From Octopus vulgaris (lineage: Eukaryota), in assembly GCA_951406725.2 (NCBI GenBank), contig OX597822.1, positions 42,470,001 to 42,534,000 on the forward strand: DNA of 64,000 nt. The letters are read 5' to 3'. The position numbers and the translations under genes were made by a program. Below are positions 23,991-37,083 of this stretch, in pieces; within the stretch, counting starts at the first letter, position 1; every line of letters begins with the position of its first letter. The notes under the pieces are model-generated. The model was not told the origin of the DNA. It was given only the letters and a program-made list of their open reading frames with translations, and ran no database searches.

Positions 23991-26900
23991 GGATCTGGCT
24001 GTTTGATTACTGACTTCAATTTGCAGCAACACTATAGGTACTTTGGTCGACTGTCTTCTATCATCGTGTTGTAATAATCAATACTTTGTAAACAGACATA
24101 CCTCTAATGCTAGTGCCACAAGAAAACGCACCTAATACAATCTGTAAAGCGGGTGATGATTAAAAGGACATCCAGCCATAGAAAGTAACCCAAAATGATA
24201 TATAATGGCACCTGTCTGTGAGAGCCGTGTCTCTCAATAAGAACTGTCTTGGATCTTCAAAAGCCTATGCCAGCAAGAAAAGCAGATGTATGATGACATT
24301 TCATCATCTTCATTTAATGTCTGTTGTCCATGCTGGCATAGGTTGAACGGTTTGACTGGGCTGTCATGCTGGAAGGCTGAGCCAGGCTCCACATACAAAC
24401 ATGGATGGATGCATATATATATATATATATAGGGAGAGTTTACGAAAAAAACAAAAGACGAAGACAGGTGGTGTACAAAACAAGCAGATGTATTAGTATA
24501 ACGCTCAGGAATAGAAAAAGTCTTTTACATTTCGAGCTTACGCTCTTCTACACACACACATGCTGGCATCTGCAGTTTCTGTTTGCAAATATTCCACTGG
24601 CCTCATAGACTGATGCTGTTGTGTGTTATTTTGGTTTGGTTTCTATGGCCAGATGCCCTTTCTATTATCAACCACTTTACAGTGTTACTAGGTACATTTT
24701 CCTGTGGGACCAATATGTTCTCAGCAAGACAAGACAGAATGGTCCTCTGAATCCTACATTTTATTTGCTTATTTGCCAACCAATTTTATAATGCATTCAG
24801 GGTATATTTTTTTGTGACACCAGCATTAGAGACATTGTCAAGTCCTTGGTGAGACAAGAGCAAAGGAATGTCTCATCCTTACTTTTCCTCCACTCATTTA
24901 CCAATGACATGAGGGTACATCAAAGGTGAGGGGATCATTTGCTATAGCATCTGTACTGAAGGGCAAACCTTATATACTGTAAGCATTGAGAGTTCTCTCC
25001 ATTACTTAAAACTTTGGTAATGAGACTGAGTGTAAGAAAGTGAGAGAGAAATTCTGATGATAGTTACAAAGACAGATATACAAATGCACATATTTAGACA
25101 CACCCACAAACATTTAAATATACGTTTGTCTGTCAGTCTGTTACTCTGCTTGTCTGTCTATCTCTGTGTCCATCTATCTCTGCCTTTCTCTTTTTCTCTC
25201 TCTGTCTCTGTTTGATTGTCAGTCTGTTCCTAAACACATACACATATAGCAACACATGAACATATACACATAAAATTGAATATTCACATACTTATCTTTC
25301 TCTACCTCCTAGATCTAAAAATAAGTATGTAGATACATACTCATATCTGTTATCACAACTTACTTGTGCCAATTCACATATGTATATACTGATATTGACG
25401 CACCTGTGAGTCCCTACCCTTGTTTAAATATGTACCATATGTATACAGAAACTGTGTAGAAAAAACTTTAACAATGATTAAATGAGTCATAATTAGAATA
25501 ATGCTAATAATTTCTGACTTAAGCACAAGGCTAGTAGTTGTGAACGGTTGGAGTAAGCCAATACCATTGACAACACTTCTTGGCTAGTGTCTTATTTTAT
25601 CAACCCTGAAATGATAAAAGGAGTACTTGACTGATACTTTAGCTTATCAACCTTGAAATGAGGAAAGGTAAAGTTGACCTCTGGGGTGGGTGGAGGTTGA
25701 AATCAGAATGTGAAGCGCTGGAACAAATACAGTTAGGTATTTTGTTCAGTATTCTACTGACTCTACCGGGACACTGCCTATATAACAATAATAATGATGT
25801 CTCAGTTGCAGACCATCAGCTTGTTGTATACAGATGATTAAGGTGTGAGAAGTTTACCATAAGTTTATGATGGGAACTAGATACTGTATAGGCTAGCTTG
25901 TCGCATTGCCTCTGTATGTGGGCAAGCTGAAACATACATACACACTTACACCATTCTCACATGCACATGCAAGAACAAATTCGTTCCACTGGGTTATCAT
26001 CATTATCTCCCTTCCATTCAGCCTCTTTCTTCTAACTATTTCATCATGTTGAACTGTTAATCCCTACAAAAAAATATTTTCTCTCTCTGTTTGTTTCTTT
26101 TTCAATCTCTTTTTTTCCCTCTTAATCCTTTCTGTCGAAGAGTGTAGGCTTGGAACGTAAAAGACTTTTACACCTGCTTCTTGTTCCTACAGCTGTCTTT
26201 GTCTTTTGTTCTCTGTAAATATGTATGCGTGGATGGAGGTAAAGGACATGGACTGCACCCCCTTTCTGTTTCCAAAATTTTAATTTTCCCCCTCTCCCCC
26301 TTCTGACAAAGAAAAGAAAAGGGGGTGGGGGAAATTAAATTTTGAAACCGTGATTCATCGTTTAGCTGCTGTTTCTGGCATGTCAACTTTTTACATCTGC
26401 TATTTTAGTAGGAGGGGAGGGGTGTTTATTTATTTTGCTTTTGAATTGAAATCATACAAAATTTCTTTTTTTTTTTTTTTTTTACAGAATCATAATCTCC
26501 ATTTTTCTGTATTTTGCCCAAAAAATTTTTTAAAAAAAGTGAAAAATCGATGTGTGTGTGCGTATGTATGTGTGCGTATGTGCGTGTGCGTGCGTGTGTG
26601 TGCGTGCATATGTATGTGCATGCATGTGTGTATATGTATAAAATCAAAATAAGCAACACGATATCAAGAAGTGATGGAGCATGACTTTTTCAAACAGCTC
26701 CATTTAATTGAACAATGCAATCATTACATCAATTTAAATGCGGTGCTATCATCAGTTGCATAAATAAATAGAATTTTAACCAGTTGGACACAATATAATT
26801 TTTCTCAAATACTTTAACAGAGCAAGAAGGAAGAAATTCATATTTTTGCTATTGTATCTAAGAATAGACTACACTTTCAGGAATTGAATGAAGCCCACTG

Positions 26901-27629
26901 GGATTGTAGCTTGTAAAAGATTGTGGTTCATTTCTAATTTATTTGTCTTTTTATCAACTACTAAATCTAAAACTAGAGGACTGTCTGTTTAGAATGAAAG
27001 GCAAGAGTGAGTTGACAGCTCATGGCTAGATATGGTCATAAATATTGTCATATGAATCCCTTTTCTCTAGGGAGGGAAGAAGACATTAGGAGTAGTAAAT
27101 TGGATATAGAGTAACTGTCTGTAAAAGGAGGCTGAGTATTGGAAGACTAAATCATAATGTTACCAGTTAAAGAGGCAAGATGTCAATAAAACCTAGGATG
27201 TTAATACAAAGGAAATTTTAACCTGGGGTACTATGGGTAATTGTTTATAAACAATATTGTTATGTTGTATAAAATAAAATTTAAGATTATCAAAAATTAT
27301 TTAACCAAAATAGGTAAAAAAAAATGTGTATATATCAATTATTAACATTAAAAAGGAAAGATTACATAGAATCAGTTTAATACTCATTCATGTACTTAAT
27401 TACTTATTAGATGGTTTCTATAAAGACTGCCCAGGGTATTTACTTATGAAATACTGGAAAGATAGACATGCTATCATCATAATCATCATCATCATTGTTT
27501 AACGTCCGCTTTCCATGCTAGCATATATAGATATATATATCTATATATAGATATATAATATCTATATATTAATTATAAACCAAGAATCAGAAGAAATAAA
27601 GAAGGGTACAGACACACATATTTATATAT

Positions 27630-27870
27630 GTATAGGTGTGTATGTGTGCAGGTGTGTATGTGTGCAGGTGTGTATGTGTGCAGGTGTGTATGTGTGCAGA
27701 TGTGTATGTGTGCAGATGTGTATGTGTGCAGATGTGTGTATGTGTGCAGGTGTGTGTATGTGTGCAGGTGTGTGTATGTGTGCAAGTGTGTGTACGTGTG
27801 CAGGTGTGTGTACGTGTGCAGGTGTGTGTACGTGTGCAGGTGTGTGTATGTGTGCAGGTGTGTATACGTA
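27630..27870. repeat. Minisatellite (TGTGCAGGTGTGTATG)n, 16-18-bp unit
   Basis: About 14 imperfect units seen directly; source of several spurious ORFs. Confidence 0.95.
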
Positions 27871-28161
27871 TGCATGTACATGTATAATATTTTATGCCAG
27901 ACATTTCATTTTTTAATTTTTTAAATTTTTTTGCAAAAATTCTGCTGGAAAACTATTGAAATTGATATTGTTTGTATCTTTGGGATGGCCATATTTTCAA
28001 CAAACCCATTGGTTGTAGTTCACTTAAGCTTTTAACAAACCAGCATTAGCAAAATGAAGCAGTATTAAAACAAAAAGGCAATCTTTATATCCTGCTATAT
28101 ATTTGCCTTGAGATGTACAGTGATAAGAACACATACATGCATTGTAGTAAACAAAAACCAC

Positions 28162-28228
28162 CTGGTTACTGGAACTGCTAGATCATGTGATTTCAGCATA
28201 CTGTGCTTCTTCAGTGGCAAACAACCAG
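28162..28228 (-). ncRNA. Type I hammerhead ribozyme-like motif
   Basis: Minus strand TTGCCA-CTGAAGA-AGCAcagtaTGCT-GAAA-TCACATGA-TC-TAGCAG; distal CTGGTT/AACCAG pairing. Confidence 0.7.
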
Positions 28229-29119
28229 TCCTGCACAGTAGCCAAATCTCACTGCCAATCATATAAAGAATGTCAGTGACTTTTCATTTACCGATGCCGC
28301 AAATAGTTAACAAGCTTATTAAAAACTAAGTATTAGTGATGGAAGCAAATACCAAAAGGCAATCTTTATATCCTACTAAATGGGATATACTGTGGTATTT
28401 GCATTGAGAGATCCTCTCATTGATATACGGTGCAAAATTCTCATCTGCTTTATATCTGTGCTCTAAGCACCATACGTCTGTACGAGAGGGCCTCTGAAGG
28501 TAAATACTGCAGTATTCAATGCTCTAATAATACTTCCACATTTTGTAGGATATAAAGATTGCTTGAATTTTTGAACTTTATTGTTAACTAATATGTTATG
28601 GTCTTCATTACATTACTGTGGTTTAATAAGTGATTTCAAATTTAAAATAATTGAGAAGTTTACAGTAGTTTTTGTAAAATTAGATGAATTAGTTGAAACT
28701 GTAGTGAACCAGTGCATATGTCTGTTGGCAATACGATCCTCCCAAAATGCAATACATTATTTTAAGAATACATTTATGTATTTAAATATTTCATTTGATT
28801 ACATCACTGAATGGGATTTTGAACCCTCCACTTTAAATTTAACTCTTGATTTTTTGGTTTTAACTTGGTTGTTGAAACCTTTATATTTCCAAAACTTCAA
28901 GATTTTAAATTGTAACACATAACATCACTCCCATTCACATGTGTAATGTTCTTTGACATCTGTCTCTCTAACAACCATTTATATAGTTACTCTAGGGTCA
29001 GACCCATTCGAGACCTACTTTCCAATGTCACTTATCTGTAAACTTTTTGGCAAAAGTAATGTCTTTGATGTCAACAAAGCTTTTGATTGTGTCTGGCATG
29101 TGAATCTATGACTGAAACT

Positions 29120-30160
29120 TTCTGGAGCAGTAGCTTACTATCTTAGCTTGTGTAGCCCTCACTAGCCATTCATTGACACCAGGTTTCTTCAGTGACCACC
29201 AGATTACTGAGTATGGCACTTAGGTGGAGGCTTTCTTTCAGTTAATGAATGCTAGGTATAGTAGCTTACTCTTAGCTAAGTACTTCTCTTGTAGTTGCTT
29301 TACTAGGAAAATGGCATAAAAGGGAACATGTCCCATCAAGGCTTATTCTGTTCTTAATTAATTGTGCTGTAACTCTTTCTATGACCTTCATACGCTGGTC
29401 TAACAATTTTATGCTTCTGTAATTTGTTTTCTAATGCATCTTCTTTGCCCTTGTAGCAGCTTACAATGACACTGCTATGCCAGTCATTGAGTATGACACC
29501 TTCTTCTATGACTTGTTGAACTATTTGGATGACTAGTATGTATCCTACTGTGCCAGATATTTTGGGCATCAGAGTGACTGACCCTAATGGATCACCAACT
29601 TTCCCTACCTTAATATCTTTAATTGCACTGTCAACTTCATTTGCTAGTCCCTCCCTTTTTTTTTGAGTCTGCATGAAGTAGACCCTCTCTATTTCATGCA
29701 TTCTCTTCATTCAACACCTCTTATAATAGCACCTCCATTTTCCTGGTGATCAGCAGTAAGGGTAACTGTGCCTCTATCATTCTGGATACATTTCATCCTA
29801 AATAACATAATAGTTTTCTCTGATACATTGTCTTGCAATCTGGAATGCCTCGTGCCTCTCATCCTTGTATTGCAAAATGTGTAAATTTATGTTTCTTCTT
29901 TAGCCATGTATAACTAACGCCTGCCTTCCTTTCTGGCTGCTATACAGCACTCTTTGCTTCAATCTTCCTTCCAAACTTTCCAAACCTTTCTCTTAATTTT
30001 TATGGCTCTGTCTCCTATGCAATTCCATCACTATATCAACTTCTCTCTGGCTGGAGCCTTGATTCAGCCATATGTCTGACTCACTTGTATAGCTGCTCTG
30101 AAACCAGATTCATTGCAGACCTTCTTGACAGTGGCTCTCAGCAGGTTATCTTGTAAGAAG
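29120..30160 (-). mobile_element. RTE LINE RT fragment (degenerate)
   Basis: ORF 29354-29710: EVDSAIKDIKVGK...DWHSSVIVSCYKGKEDALE, RTE ORF2 RT-upstream motifs. Confidence 0.75.
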
Positions 30161-30973
30161 TCCTAGTTGTCATGTTTGCAATAATATAGACTAGTATGTG
30201 TGTGTATATATATATATATATATATAAAAATAGTAATGCAATATGAGAGTTGGCCTGCTCGCTTAGCCAGCGAACGCATTGTGACCAGCGATGTGTAGCA
30301 ACATCTGATGGTCTGGTCAGTCACGTGATCACGTGATATAACTAGCGTCCAGCTGTAGAAACACTGCAAGATCAGATTGGGGCCGGGTGCATCCTCCTGG
30401 CTTCCCAGACCCAATTTGAACCGCCGAACCCATGCCAGCATGGAAAACTGACGTTAAACAATGATGATGATATATATAAATAAATATAGTATTTTTTTTT
30501 CATGAAATTTATGCAAATATGTATTGTGTTGAATGTATTTCTGTTAAAAATTGATTTTCTTTCAAGCAATCAAGATCCAGCATGAAAAATTATTAAGCAA
30601 CAACCTGGGGAATGATCCATTCTGAATGGGGAAACATTGAATGGTCAACTCTTAATTAATAATTCCCTGTCATCTCTTTTTCCATACTGGGTGTATTTGT
30701 TAGATCGGCCATACTTTATATCACAATTTCTCTGTATTTTTTGCTATCCCCACTGAGAAGCTCAACATCCTGAGATCCCTCTTCATCAAGAAATTCTTGT
30801 TTATGTGTTCAAAGAACCATTTCTTCATGGCTTCTTGCAACCACTTCTAATTCCATAATTCTCTCTCTTGCATTTACAATGTGGATATAGCAAAGCCTGA
30901 GTTAGATTAAAAACGATTTTAACAATATTTTTTCTATTGTCTGTTAAAAATATTATTCTGTTTCTAATTACAG

Positions 30974-31027
30974 GAAATTTTGCAATGATCCAAGACGATG
31001 GGTCCATGACATGTTTATGCAGTTTGA
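30974..31027 (+). CDS. TMEM106B: TMEM106B-family coding exon 5 (54 nt)
   Basis: TTACAG acceptor; (V)KFCNDPRRWVHDMFMQF(E), cf. human YDFCTLISIKVHNIVLMMQ; donor GTAAGT at 31028. Confidence 0.9.
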
Positions 31028-31193
31028 GTAAGTAAAGATTTAATGTCTAAATTTTAGAAATAACTTGTGAATTCTCTAATTATACAGTATTGCCTTTTGT
31101 TATTAGTAAACAGATTCCATAAACCCTTTGTCTATTATTACCATATTGTATTACATATTCCCCTTGCTGAAATATTTTATTCTTTTATTGCAG

Positions 31194-31293
31194 GTTGACC
31201 GCTAACTACAGCTATTTTGGCCACATAGAACAGACCACATTGACCACTTACCAACATGTCAGTTGTGGAAATGACACAAAGAGTCCTTATTGA
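31194..31293 (+). CDS. TMEM106B: TMEM106B-family coding exon 6 (terminal, to TGA)
   Basis: TTGCAG acceptor; LTANYSYFGHIEQTTLTTYQHVSCGNDTKSPY*, cf. human [25 protein letters not shown]; total CDS 795 nt = 264 aa + stop. Confidence 0.93.
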
Positions 31294-31857
31294 GTTGACT
31301 CACAAAACTGACACCTCTCCCTCCAATTGCTGCCAGTGCCTTATATCAATTGACTTCTTGCACTGTTGTTGCTCTTGCCAAAATTTACAGTGAAGCTAGA
31401 TATATACCCATGTTGGTTCTGGCCAGCTATCTTTTCATGCATAATATAATCTTTAACAATTGAAGACTTCATAAATTTCATGAAGGAAACCTCAGAAAGT
31501 TCTGAAATTATTTTTTCACCTGTACTGAAACAAAGCAAACTGCCCTTTATATTACACAAAAACAGAGATAATGAAGTAATTCATTTCCCTTACATGAAAG
31601 AATTTTCTAGTCATGACTCTATGCTAGAATTTTTCCTGTGACTATAATACTCTGTCTACCAATTGTTATCCAAATGCTACATACTAGGCAGGTAATTTCC
31701 TTCCCTCAGATCTGCCAAGACATTTAAAAAAAAAAATTCTTTTTACTGTATTTGGTAATGATTTTTTTTTTCTCTCAATATTTACTTTGGGATAGCAGAG
31801 GTATATTATTTTTTTTTTTGTTTGTTTTTTTTAACTGTAGTGTATTTATTTTCATTG

Positions 31858-31873
31858 AATAAAATTGAATAAA
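31858..31873 (+). promoter_or_regulatory. Candidate polyadenylation signals (two AATAAA) for the TMEM106B 3' UTR
   Basis: AATAAA at 31858 and 31868, about 570 nt after the stop, with U/GU-rich sequence downstream; further AATAAA near 31943 and 32048. Confidence 0.45.
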
Positions 31874-32384
31874 ACTTACAATGAAAGTATAAAATCATCT
31901 AAACTACTGACTGTTTTAGTTTGTTCTGAAAGATTGTCACAAAATAAAAAAAAAATCATTTCCCTCACTCTACTCATTTGCCTATTGTTGAAGGTTTATT
32001 ATCATCTTCTAAATCTCCGTACATAAAGCCATAAATTTCTGTCAGAGAATAAAATGTGAAATTACAGCATTTTATATGTTTGCTGTTCATATGCCTGATG
32101 ATGTTTTAAGTGTTCTTTCTTTCATTCTCTCCAGTTTAGTTGAAATTATTCAATTCTGCATTATTTCAAGTATCAACCATTCTATTATATAAATTTAGCT
32201 ATAATTTCTTTATTTGCCAGTCATTGATTCTGTACATTTACCATTCAAACTAAATATGATACACCAGGAAGGCTCACTTCACACATGTGAACTTGTATGA
32301 AAAGTTTTGTCATCTGTAAGGAAATGAAATTTGTAAAAGTTCTCTCAAGCCTCTAAGGCTAATTTTCAAAACAAGAAAATATAT

Positions 32385-34768
32385 ACAGTTCTATATTTAA
32401 GAGATGAGGAATTATGTACGTTATTTACATTTGACAGATATTTGTCCTCACCTTGTTTGTTGTTAACACAATGTTTTAGCTGATGTACCCTCTTGGGGAA
32501 ATTTCAAACCTGGGTTCTCATTCCTAAGGTATTTTTTGACGTTATTATTATTGTTTAGGTCACTGCTTGGAATTGAACTTAGAATCTTGGGGTTAGTAGC
32601 CTGCGCTCTTAACCACTACGACATATGCCTGTGGGCAATTATGGAGTGAATTTTAGGGCTTATAAATCTAATATTCTCTTATCCTTCCTTAATACCAGTT
32701 CCCATTCGCTGCTCATATCTGCACTCAGTCTGCTTAGGAGGTTGTTGTGTCCTAGCATGTGTTGCTTCTTTTAGTTTTCATATTTTCCAGTGGTGTTCTC
32801 TATTATTTTAACTTCATCCCACAAGGGGAGGTGGTCTCCATTTTTCCATACATGATCAGCTATACCTGATTTATCAATATCTTCTTGTGTCACACTTTGC
32901 GATGTTTGTCTACCCTTATTTTCAGGGTAGACGAACATCTATGAACAGAAAAGTTGGCAAGTCTTATAAGTGATGGTAGCTACAGCAAAGTAAAGAAAGA
33001 ACCAACTCTGAAAACAGAGAGGAAGTTGTCACAGATCTTGATCAAGAACAAGGATCACTTTACACCAATGAAGTATATACAATTGACTCAACGTCACAGT
33101 AAACTACCACACATGTACGGTCTCCCAAAGATTCACAAGAATGGTATTCCATTAAGACCTATAGTGAGCTGTAGAGGTTCAGCATGTCATCCACTGAGCT
33201 GCTTCCTTGTGGATATAATCAATCCATTAGCAGGAAAGTCAACATCGTACTTGATGAATTCCACCCACTTCACAGAATTGATCAAGGATACTCCCAGTGA
33301 ATACAACCAGATGGTGAGTCTAGATGTGATAAGCCTGTTCACCAAAGTCCCAACTGGTGAAGCACTATTGGTGATACCAAAAAAAAAAAAAAGCTAGTGA
33401 CAGACACCCATCTAAAAGAACACACTGGTATACCAATAAGAAACTTGATGGAAATGTTAACCTTTTGTGTAGAAACTACCTACTTCAGTATGGACAGTGA
33501 TATATATCGACAAGAGGAGGGTTTAGCTATGGGTTGCTATTATTACAGTCAATATATACATGGAATACTTTGAGAATTTGGCTTTAAGATCAACACCACT
33601 AAAACCAACACTATGGCTAAGATATGTTGATGACACCTTTATACTCTGGTCCCACCAGGAAGATGTCCAAGTGCTGTTCATGTGAACTCAAAGCCATCCA
33701 TACAGTTCACAATGGAAAAGGAAAAAGACAATCAGTTGGCATTCCTGGATCTATTAATAACCTGCACCAAGTATGGATTCAGGACATCCGTATACTGCAA
33801 GCCAACCCTTACTGGATGATACCTCATCTTCAATTCCCACCATCCATGCAGTGTAAAGAGAGGGATTGCTCAGTGCCTAAAACATCGTGCAAAGAATATA
33901 AGTAGCGATTATGATACACAAAAAGAAGAAATGATCAAGCTCAATAACGATCTGCTAAGCAACAACTACCCAAAGAGTATACTGTCCACTCCAATTATGA
34001 AGAGAGAGGATGAGGCCAATAAACTGTCCACAGTCTGTCTACCCTATGTGAAAGGCCTCTCCAAAAAGATATAAAAGATATGCGACCCATATGATATCAG
34101 GATAGTATTCAGGAGTAATACAACACTTCGCAAATATCTCCTTCGAGTAAAACCACCAATAGAAGAGAATATGACCAAAGACTGCGTGTACTCCATCCCA
34201 TGCAGCTGTGGTAGGTTATACAAAGGCGAAACACACTACCCCCTCAAAATAAGGGTAGACAAACATCGCAAAGCTGTGACATGAGATATTGATAAATCGG
34301 GTCTAACTGATCATGTATGGAAAAATGGAGACCACCTCCCCATGTGGGATGAAGTTAAAATAATAGACAGAGAACACCACTGGAAAATACGAAAACTAAA
34401 AGTAGCAGCACATATGCTAGGATACAACAACTTCCTAAGCAGATGAGTGCAGATATGAGCAGCGAATGGGAACTGGTATTAAGGAAGGATAGAAAAATAT
34501 TAGATTTATAAGCCCTAAAATTCACTCCATAATTGCCCATAGGCATATTGCGTAATAGTTAAGAGCACGGGCTACTAACCCCAAGATTCTGAGTTCGATT
34601 CCAAGCAGTGAGATATATATATATATATATATCAAAAAATACCTTAGGAATGAGAACCCAGGTTTGAAATTTCCCCAAGACACCTGAAGAATGCTGGAGG
34701 GTATATCAGCCGAAACATTGTGTTAACAATAAACAAGATGACAAATATCTGTCGAATGTAAATAATGT
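32385..34768 (+). mobile_element. Penelope-like element (Poseidon-type RT + C-terminal GIY-YIG), 5'-truncated, with inverted 5' pLTR
   Basis: YGLPKIHKNGIPLRPIVS, VSLDVISLFTKVP, GLAMG, WLRYVDDT and CVYSIPCSCGRLYKGET motifs; 32385-32930 is an inverted copy of about 34240-34768; candidate 12-bp TSD AAGAAAATATAT. Confidence 0.92.
34679..34724 (+). ncRNA. Minimal hammerhead ribozyme motif in the PLE pLTR
   Basis: GACAC-CTGAAGA-atGCTG(gagggtatat)CAGCc-GAAA-CATT-GTGTT. Confidence 0.65.
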
Positions 34769-36788
34769 AAGAAAATATATTTTCTCCCTTTCAGATTTGC
34801 CTTTGGTTCTTAAACCAATGAATGTTAAGATTTATTTGAATTCAATGAACAGATTATACTGTTTGACAATCAGCATGCCACATATGGTAATATTTATTTT
34901 GTAACATTTGGTCCAGAAGTTCACAATTGTGTTATTGAAATATTCCTTTATACAAGATCATAGTCATATCTATTCTATGTCTTTCTTTTCAGATTGAAAA
35001 AAAAAAAATTTATTATTATTATTATTATAGTTATAGCTTCAGTGAAGGGAATATTAAGGTTTATGTATGTGTTTGTGATATATATGACTGGCAATACCTG
35101 AACAACAAACCACAGCACATTGTACTTTGACAGTGTATAGAGGCTGAGATATTTTCTACAATGCTGATCCTACATCTTGCAGCTCCCTCTCTTTGCATAT
35201 TTGACCACCACCTCATCACCCTATTACTTGCTTACTCCTTTTCACTCCATCACTCATATCATCTCCCCACCATCTGTGCTGACTGCATCATCCTCATCAC
35301 TCTCTCTCACTGGGTTCATAAATCACTGTCTTCATTTTTTTACTGCATAAAATCACTCTCTTCATTTCACTGGGCCAGTGTATAAGTGACTACATTGGAC
35401 CATTTCAATACACTCTAACTTACTCTTCTTTACCAGCAAACATCACTCCTTGCTTGGTGTTACTACTCAACTACTCATTTTATTTCCTCATCCACCCTTA
35501 TGTCTATCTAAATCCACTACTGCCAGTCTCTCTCTTGTCTTGATTTCACCCTAAAATAACTCTGTCTCTTACATCAGACTTGTAGTTTGTATAATCTCCT
35601 CCTTGGCCATCTGAGCAAATGCACATACATTTCTGACCTTGCTGCTGACATCATACTCATCCTCTCTCTCCAATTTTCTTTCCTTAGTTTACATTTACAT
35701 GGCTTTTATGAGTTATTGTAATTTAACAATTACCTTATGATATTTACAAACATACTTGACACAAGTACCTTATGATCAACCTAAGATCAAGACCGTTGAT
35801 AGTTTTCTGTGTGTGAAAAGACTTGTCAGACTAAATGAAACTGCAGTCACGGACAGTGTTGGTGATGTATAAAAGGCACTCACTACACTCTTGGAGTGGT
35901 TGGCATTAGGAAGGGCATCCAGCTGTAGAAACCAAGTCAAAATTAAACTGGAGCCTGGTACAGCTCTCTGGCTTACCAATTCCGCTCAAACTGTCCTACC
36001 CATGCCAGCATGGAAAACAGAAGCTAAATGATGATGTTTACTTAAATATGTGCAGAAAATCTTAAGAATGTTTTCCGTTCATGTTACAAACTAATTATAT
36101 GATAATTTAGATGCACTGAAAAATTAAATAAAAAAATGCAGAGAGAGGAGGGTATGAAATAACTGAAGGTGCACCGACATTACAAAATATGCTGTTTGTA
36201 TATGCTTCGTTCTCTCTTTTTCTATGTTTAAATTTACACATCACTTCAGTCTCTCAACTACTCTTGCCCTCCTATCTACTTCAACTCTCATTCAGACTCA
36301 AACACACAATACTTTGCATTACATTTTCCATATCCCCTTTTCTCATATTTTCTCTCTCTTTACTAAACCTAATATTTCTGTTGTTTCTGTTTTCCTCCCT
36401 CACTCTCTTTGTATCTTAGTTTGCTACCACCACTTCATATTACTCTAACACAAAATGTAGGTAGGGACATAACTTTGTAATAATATATAAATATATATAT
36501 ATCTATATGTGTGTATATATATATATATATTTCTATCAGATGTGTGGTGGTGGTTGTGATGATGTTTTCAAGCAAGTTAATATTTCCCCATGGCTAGACA
36601 TGTTTTCACAGAATATTGTAAATAGATGCCATTCATTTACAACAATCTTACAGTGTCAAGATAAAACGACACATATAAATATACATGTCTGAAACTAGTT
36701 TCACTTTAGTAAAATATATTGAGCTCTAAATAATTATTCATTATTTAACATCACTTTTTCCAATCTTTTTTTCATGTTTTCTCTTTAA

Positions 36789-37008
36789 CCCTTTCGTTAC
36801 TGTATTTATTTTGAGATGCTCTGTGTTTCTTTCAATTACTTTAAATATAACAAAGAATTTATTAAAATAATTTAGTTATCATTCAGCTATTATTAGGAAC
36901 ATAAATTATGACTAAGGTTTGGTGGAAGATTTTTATTCAAAACTTATGAAAATAAGACATTTGTACCCAGAGCCAGAGCCGGTTTCAGCTGGGTTGGTAA
37001 TGAAAGGG
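36789..37008. mobile_element. piggyBac-type MITE (second family)
   Basis: TTAA|CCCTTTCGTTAC ... GTAATGAAAGGG|TTAA. Confidence 0.85.
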
Positions 37009-37083
37009 TTAATGAATTATGTAGGAAAATTGCCCTACTGTTTAAACAATTTAACAACCATTAGTTATAGTCAGTTTGTTGAT

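Noticed and set aside
27573-27924. His/Thr- and Cys/Val-rich ORFs (also at 26.4k, 47.9-48.6k, 63.0k)
   Set aside because: Translations of (CA)n, (TA)n and minisatellite tracts
34548-34610. Functional tRNA gene (and tRNA-like SINE heads elsewhere)
   Set aside because: Acceptor and anticodon stems are incomplete and the sequence is embedded in repeats; treated as tRNA-derived, not tRNA
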